The notes below the pieces were generated by a model. That model was not told where the DNA came from. It saw only the letters and a program-made list of their open reading frames with translations, and did not search any database. From NCBI GenBank assembly GCA_044371425.1, contig JBILTR010000001.1:602058-666057 (forward strand): 64,000 nt of DNA, in the 5' to 3' direction. A program made the position numbers and the translations under genes. Below are positions 61,431-64,000 of the stretch, piece by piece; position 1 is the stretch's first letter; every line of letters starts with the position of its first letter. The stretch is from Pirellulaceae bacterium. Lineage in GTDB: Bacteria; Planctomycetota; Planctomycetia; Pirellulales; Pirellulaceae.

Positions 61431-63002
61431 TCAGCAATCGGCTCGGAATGCCAGCAGCGTGCGATCCTGGTGGTTGGTTTCCTGAGGGTCTGACGGGCTG
61501 GGCAGATGCCTGGCGATCGCTAGGCAGAACTCGGAGATCGGTAGATCGCTATGCGATTCCACTAGCTGCACCAGTTGGCTCCAAGGGAGCACATCGGATG
61601 TCGCAGTGGCCTCCGGGCCAAGGTCGGCCACCGCTGCGTTCCACAGCAGCAGTCCCGTCCCAGGCTGCCATGGGATGGTGGTGATGGCGGGGGTGATGCC
61701 GGTGGATGACTGGCCTAGCGTGGAATCCCCCAGCGGTCTTTGTCCCCTGCCGAGGAATCGGCAGCCATCGGGACCCCAGCAGAGAGCCCCGACGTGCCCG
61801 TGAAGAGCCAGTTTGACGCTGCGCTGGTTGGCGTCGAAGTCGGCCCAAGCTAGGCCGCTGTGACTCCAGTCGCTCTGGTGACCGTTTGGGATCCAGCGAG
61901 GGAGCTGGCCAAGGCGTTGGTCGATCATCGGCAGGGCCTGTTCGATCGACTGGTTTTCCAGCCAGGAGTGCTGCAAGAGTGTTTGCAGCGTGGTGGCCAC
62001 CATCGCTCCGAGAACCGATTGCTGCTGGCTAGCTCCAATGGCACAGCGCAGTCGATGGGATTCGGGTTGGTACCAATCATGAAATGCGCCGCCGACTGGG
62101 CCCGCCTGAGAGGTCCAGCCATCCCATTGGATGGGCGAGGCGGAGGCGGTGCGCGTGGGAAGCATGGCGGCCTGAGCCCAGCCGGCATCTTCCATCGTCG
62201 ATTGAATGGAGTAGCTTCGTTCCAGCTGGCGGACCATCTGGAACTGCTGAAGGGCACCGACCATCTGGTCGGCGGCCATGGTGGCGATGGCGATATCGCG
62301 GCGATCGAAATCTCGCGGCCGATCGCTCCAGAACCACAGCGTTCCCAGCGGCGTCGATTCCGTGCCTACCGGGACGCAGATCGCTGCGGGAAACGGTTCG
62401 GGCCTAGCCCATGCGATCTGAGTATCTTCGGCTCGCAGCAGAACGGCTTTGCCGAGCAATGCTTCGAGGTCGGCGCGAGCGCCTCGCAGCGGCCGTGGGG
62501 CCTGGATGAGAACTCCTTCCAGCGAACCCCAGGCAGCGCGGGGCTGCAGCGATCGATGGTCTTCGGTTAGCAGGTACATCGAAGCGGCTTGCATGCCCAT
62601 CGCCAGCGATGCATCGCCAAGCGTCCGCTGCCAGCGATCGGCTAGTTGCGATTGCTCTTTGGCGTCCAACGTGAAATGGATTCCAGTCGCCAGTTCCGCA
62701 TGCTGCCGTCTAACCACCTGCTCGGTGCGATGGAGACGTCGGGCGAGCGACTGGATGGGATCGAGCAGATGTCGGACTTGTTCGAGCGACAGGGAGGCGT
62801 GTTGGTCGGGATCTAGTTCCTTGGCCAGCACCCAGCGTCCCTCCGCGACACTCCATCCGCGTCGTTCGACGCGCCAGCCCGACAGATCCTCCAGGGCGTC
62901 GAGGATCTGTTCCCATTCGGATTCCAAAGGGAGATCCCGTTGAGGTGGCGAGAAGGCTTCGCCCTCGTGGAGTCGCAGATGGGGAGAACGATCCAGTGGC
63001 AC
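61431..63002 (-). CDS. GAF-domain protein with a C-terminal, apparently degenerate PP2C/SpoIIE-like phosphatase domain.
   Basis: Central GAF-like region; LPTRT...VGGAFHDWY...AIGASQQQSV resembles RsbU/SpoIIE motifs but lacks the DxSGxG metal-binding aspartates; C-terminal LLAFRADC. Confidence 0.45.
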   Translation of the reverse strand: MPLDRSPHLRLHEGEAFSPPQRDLPLESEWEQILDALEDLSGWRVERRGWSVAEGRWVLAKELDPDQHASLSLEQVRHLLDPIQSLARRLHRTEQVVRRQHAELATGIHFTLDAKEQSQLADRWQRTLGDASLAMGMQAASMYLLTEDHRSLQPRAAWGSLEGVLIQAPRPLRGARADLEALLGKAVLLRAEDTQIAWARPEPFPAAICVPVGTESTPLGTLWFWSDRPRDFDRRDIAIATMAADQMVGALQQFQMVRQLERSYSIQSTMEDAGWAQAAMLPTRTASASPIQWDGWTSQAGPVGGAFHDWYQPESHRLRCAIGASQQQSVLGAMVATTLQTLLQHSWLENQSIEQALPMIDQRLGQLPRWIPNGHQSDWSHSGLAWADFDANQRSVKLALHGHVGALCWGPDGCRFLGRGQRPLGDSTLGQSSTGITPAITTIPWQPGTGLLLWNAAVADLGPEATATSDVLPWSQLVQLVESHSDLPISEFCLAIARHLPSPSDPQETNHQDRTLLAFRADC

Positions 63003-63412
63003 GTCCGAGCTTTCTAAGAAGGCGAAGCGATCGACGAGTCTTTGGGGCGAGGTGTCGGAGCACCTGGTCGCCCGAGGTGAGTGACGGGAGAGACCATCGG
63101 CCTGGGTCGCTCTTTCGGTCGAGGAAAACAGGGTGGAGTGCGTGGTGCGGTCCCCCTCCCTGACTTGCTGATCGACACAACCGGACTAACCGAAATTCCC
63201 AACACGACGGCTCAAGCCGGGTGGGAAACAGCTAATGGAATAAAAAGTCGTTCGTGCCCGGCCCAAGTTGGCAGGGGTATCGATGTCCGATCCCCACTCA
63301 CGGATTCTCTTGATGATGGCGGAACCCTGGTGAGTCCCCTGGGAGATCGCATCGGGTTTTCTACTGACGGAGTCCGATGGCAGGGAGGCACGGTCGTGGG
63401 CAAAAGGAAAGA

Positions 63413-63997
63413 TTAGGAAGAAGGACTGCTGTCCGCCTCTTCGCTTCCCGTATCGTCGCTGGGGATTTCGAAGGAGCTGGTGGTTTTGACGATGGCGAGG
63501 TCGTCGGGGAAGGTGTGCAGTCCATAAACCACCGCGCGACGACTGCGAAGATCGACATGCAACAGACTGGCCGCTCCGATCGAGACCCGGCCACTCGATT
63601 CAAACAAATGCAGCAAATCCGACTCTTGCCGCTTCTGCCGAAACTCCTTGTGGATCATCGCAAACAGCTCGGCCGGAAGCACCTCCCGCTGGTAGGTCGT
63701 CTGGTAGATGACCCCACGCGGTGCATCGGTACGGAAGCTATAGGGATCCCCGATGAGCCCCCGATGCATCAGGCGTCGTGTGGGTAGGGGCTGGTGTGCC
63801 GAACTGGCGACTTCGCAAAGCGTCAGCGTCTTGTAATAGAACTGAATGCGATGCCCTTCGTGGGTGATGTCGACCTCGACCCGATAGTCGTTGCGATCGA
63901 ACACTCCGGTCTGAACCACCTGGAACAGCTCCGGATGCAGGGCACGCGAAAAGCAGTGGAGTGCGATCGCCATCGCTCGCGGTCGAATCGTCAGCAC
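63413..63997 (-). CDS. Hypothetical protein. The N-terminus may lie at or beyond the window edge.
   Basis: ORF only. The coding strand was chosen by composition. Confidence 0.3.
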   Translation of the reverse strand: MLTIRPRAMAIALHCFSRALHPELFQVVQTGVFDRNDYRVEVDITHEGHRIQFYYKTLTLCEVASSAHQPLPTRRLMHRGLIGDPYSFRTDAPRGVIYQTTYQREVLPAELFAMIHKEFRQKRQESDLLHLFESSGRVSIGAASLLHVDLRSRRAVVYGLHTFPDDLAIVKTTSSFEIPSDDTGSEEADSSPSS

Positions 63998-64000
63998 AAC

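Overview
This is a high-GC, gene-dense bacterial window, almost certainly from a Planctomycetota-type genome. The lineage call rests on two PSCyt1/DUF1549/DUF1553 giant proteins (one paired with a Tat-signal DUF1501 protein), a PEP-CTERM protein and a glucose/sorbosone-dehydrogenase–cytochrome c fusion. Both strands are coding, and the high GC produces many long antisense 'shadow' ORFs.

Housekeeping and accessory genes, left to right:
- the 3' end of putA
- an S9 peptidase
- a Ser/Thr kinase
- an HDAC-like deacetylase
- an IlvD/EDD-family dehydratase
- a PAP2/vanadium-haloperoxidase-like protein fused to RTX calcium-binding repeats
- a HAMP adenylate cyclase followed by an MscS channel with a cNMP-binding domain
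- a RadC-like JAB protein and a SUKH-1 (SMI1/KNR4)-domain protein
- a PaaK-like adenylate-forming enzyme translationally coupled to a class-V aminotransferase, next to a PEP-CTERM protein
- an HExxH protein, a TerC-family protein and a zinc-ribbon membrane protein
- an SPFH protein, an Arc-type ribbon-helix-helix protein and an XylR/AraC regulator
- Dus, a sugar-phosphate isomerase, an M28 peptidase, GlnE and MsrB
- a complete type I restriction-modification locus, hsdM–dinD-like–hsdS–DUF1016–DUF1016–hsdR
- a GAF protein with a degenerate PP2C/SpoIIE domain.

Three things look unusual.
1. A previously unrecognisable composite repeat element has a 9-bp-stem hairpin core plus tandem 'caaaaggtgggtggcaccaa' sub-repeats. 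It is present as two clusters in inverted orientation (21879-22412 and 30822-31342) that bracket an 8.4-kb four-gene block.
2. The type I R-M locus carries embedded cargo genes (dinD-like and two divergent DUF1016/YhcG PD-(D/E)xK nucleases). Each cargo gene is followed or bracketed by a ~50-bp relic copy of the neighbouring hsd gene end, which suggests cassette-like insertion or exchange.
3. The PAP2-haloperoxidase/RTX fusion has no N-terminal signal peptide, which fits type I secretion.

No rRNA, tRNA or CRISPR array could be supported from the sequence.
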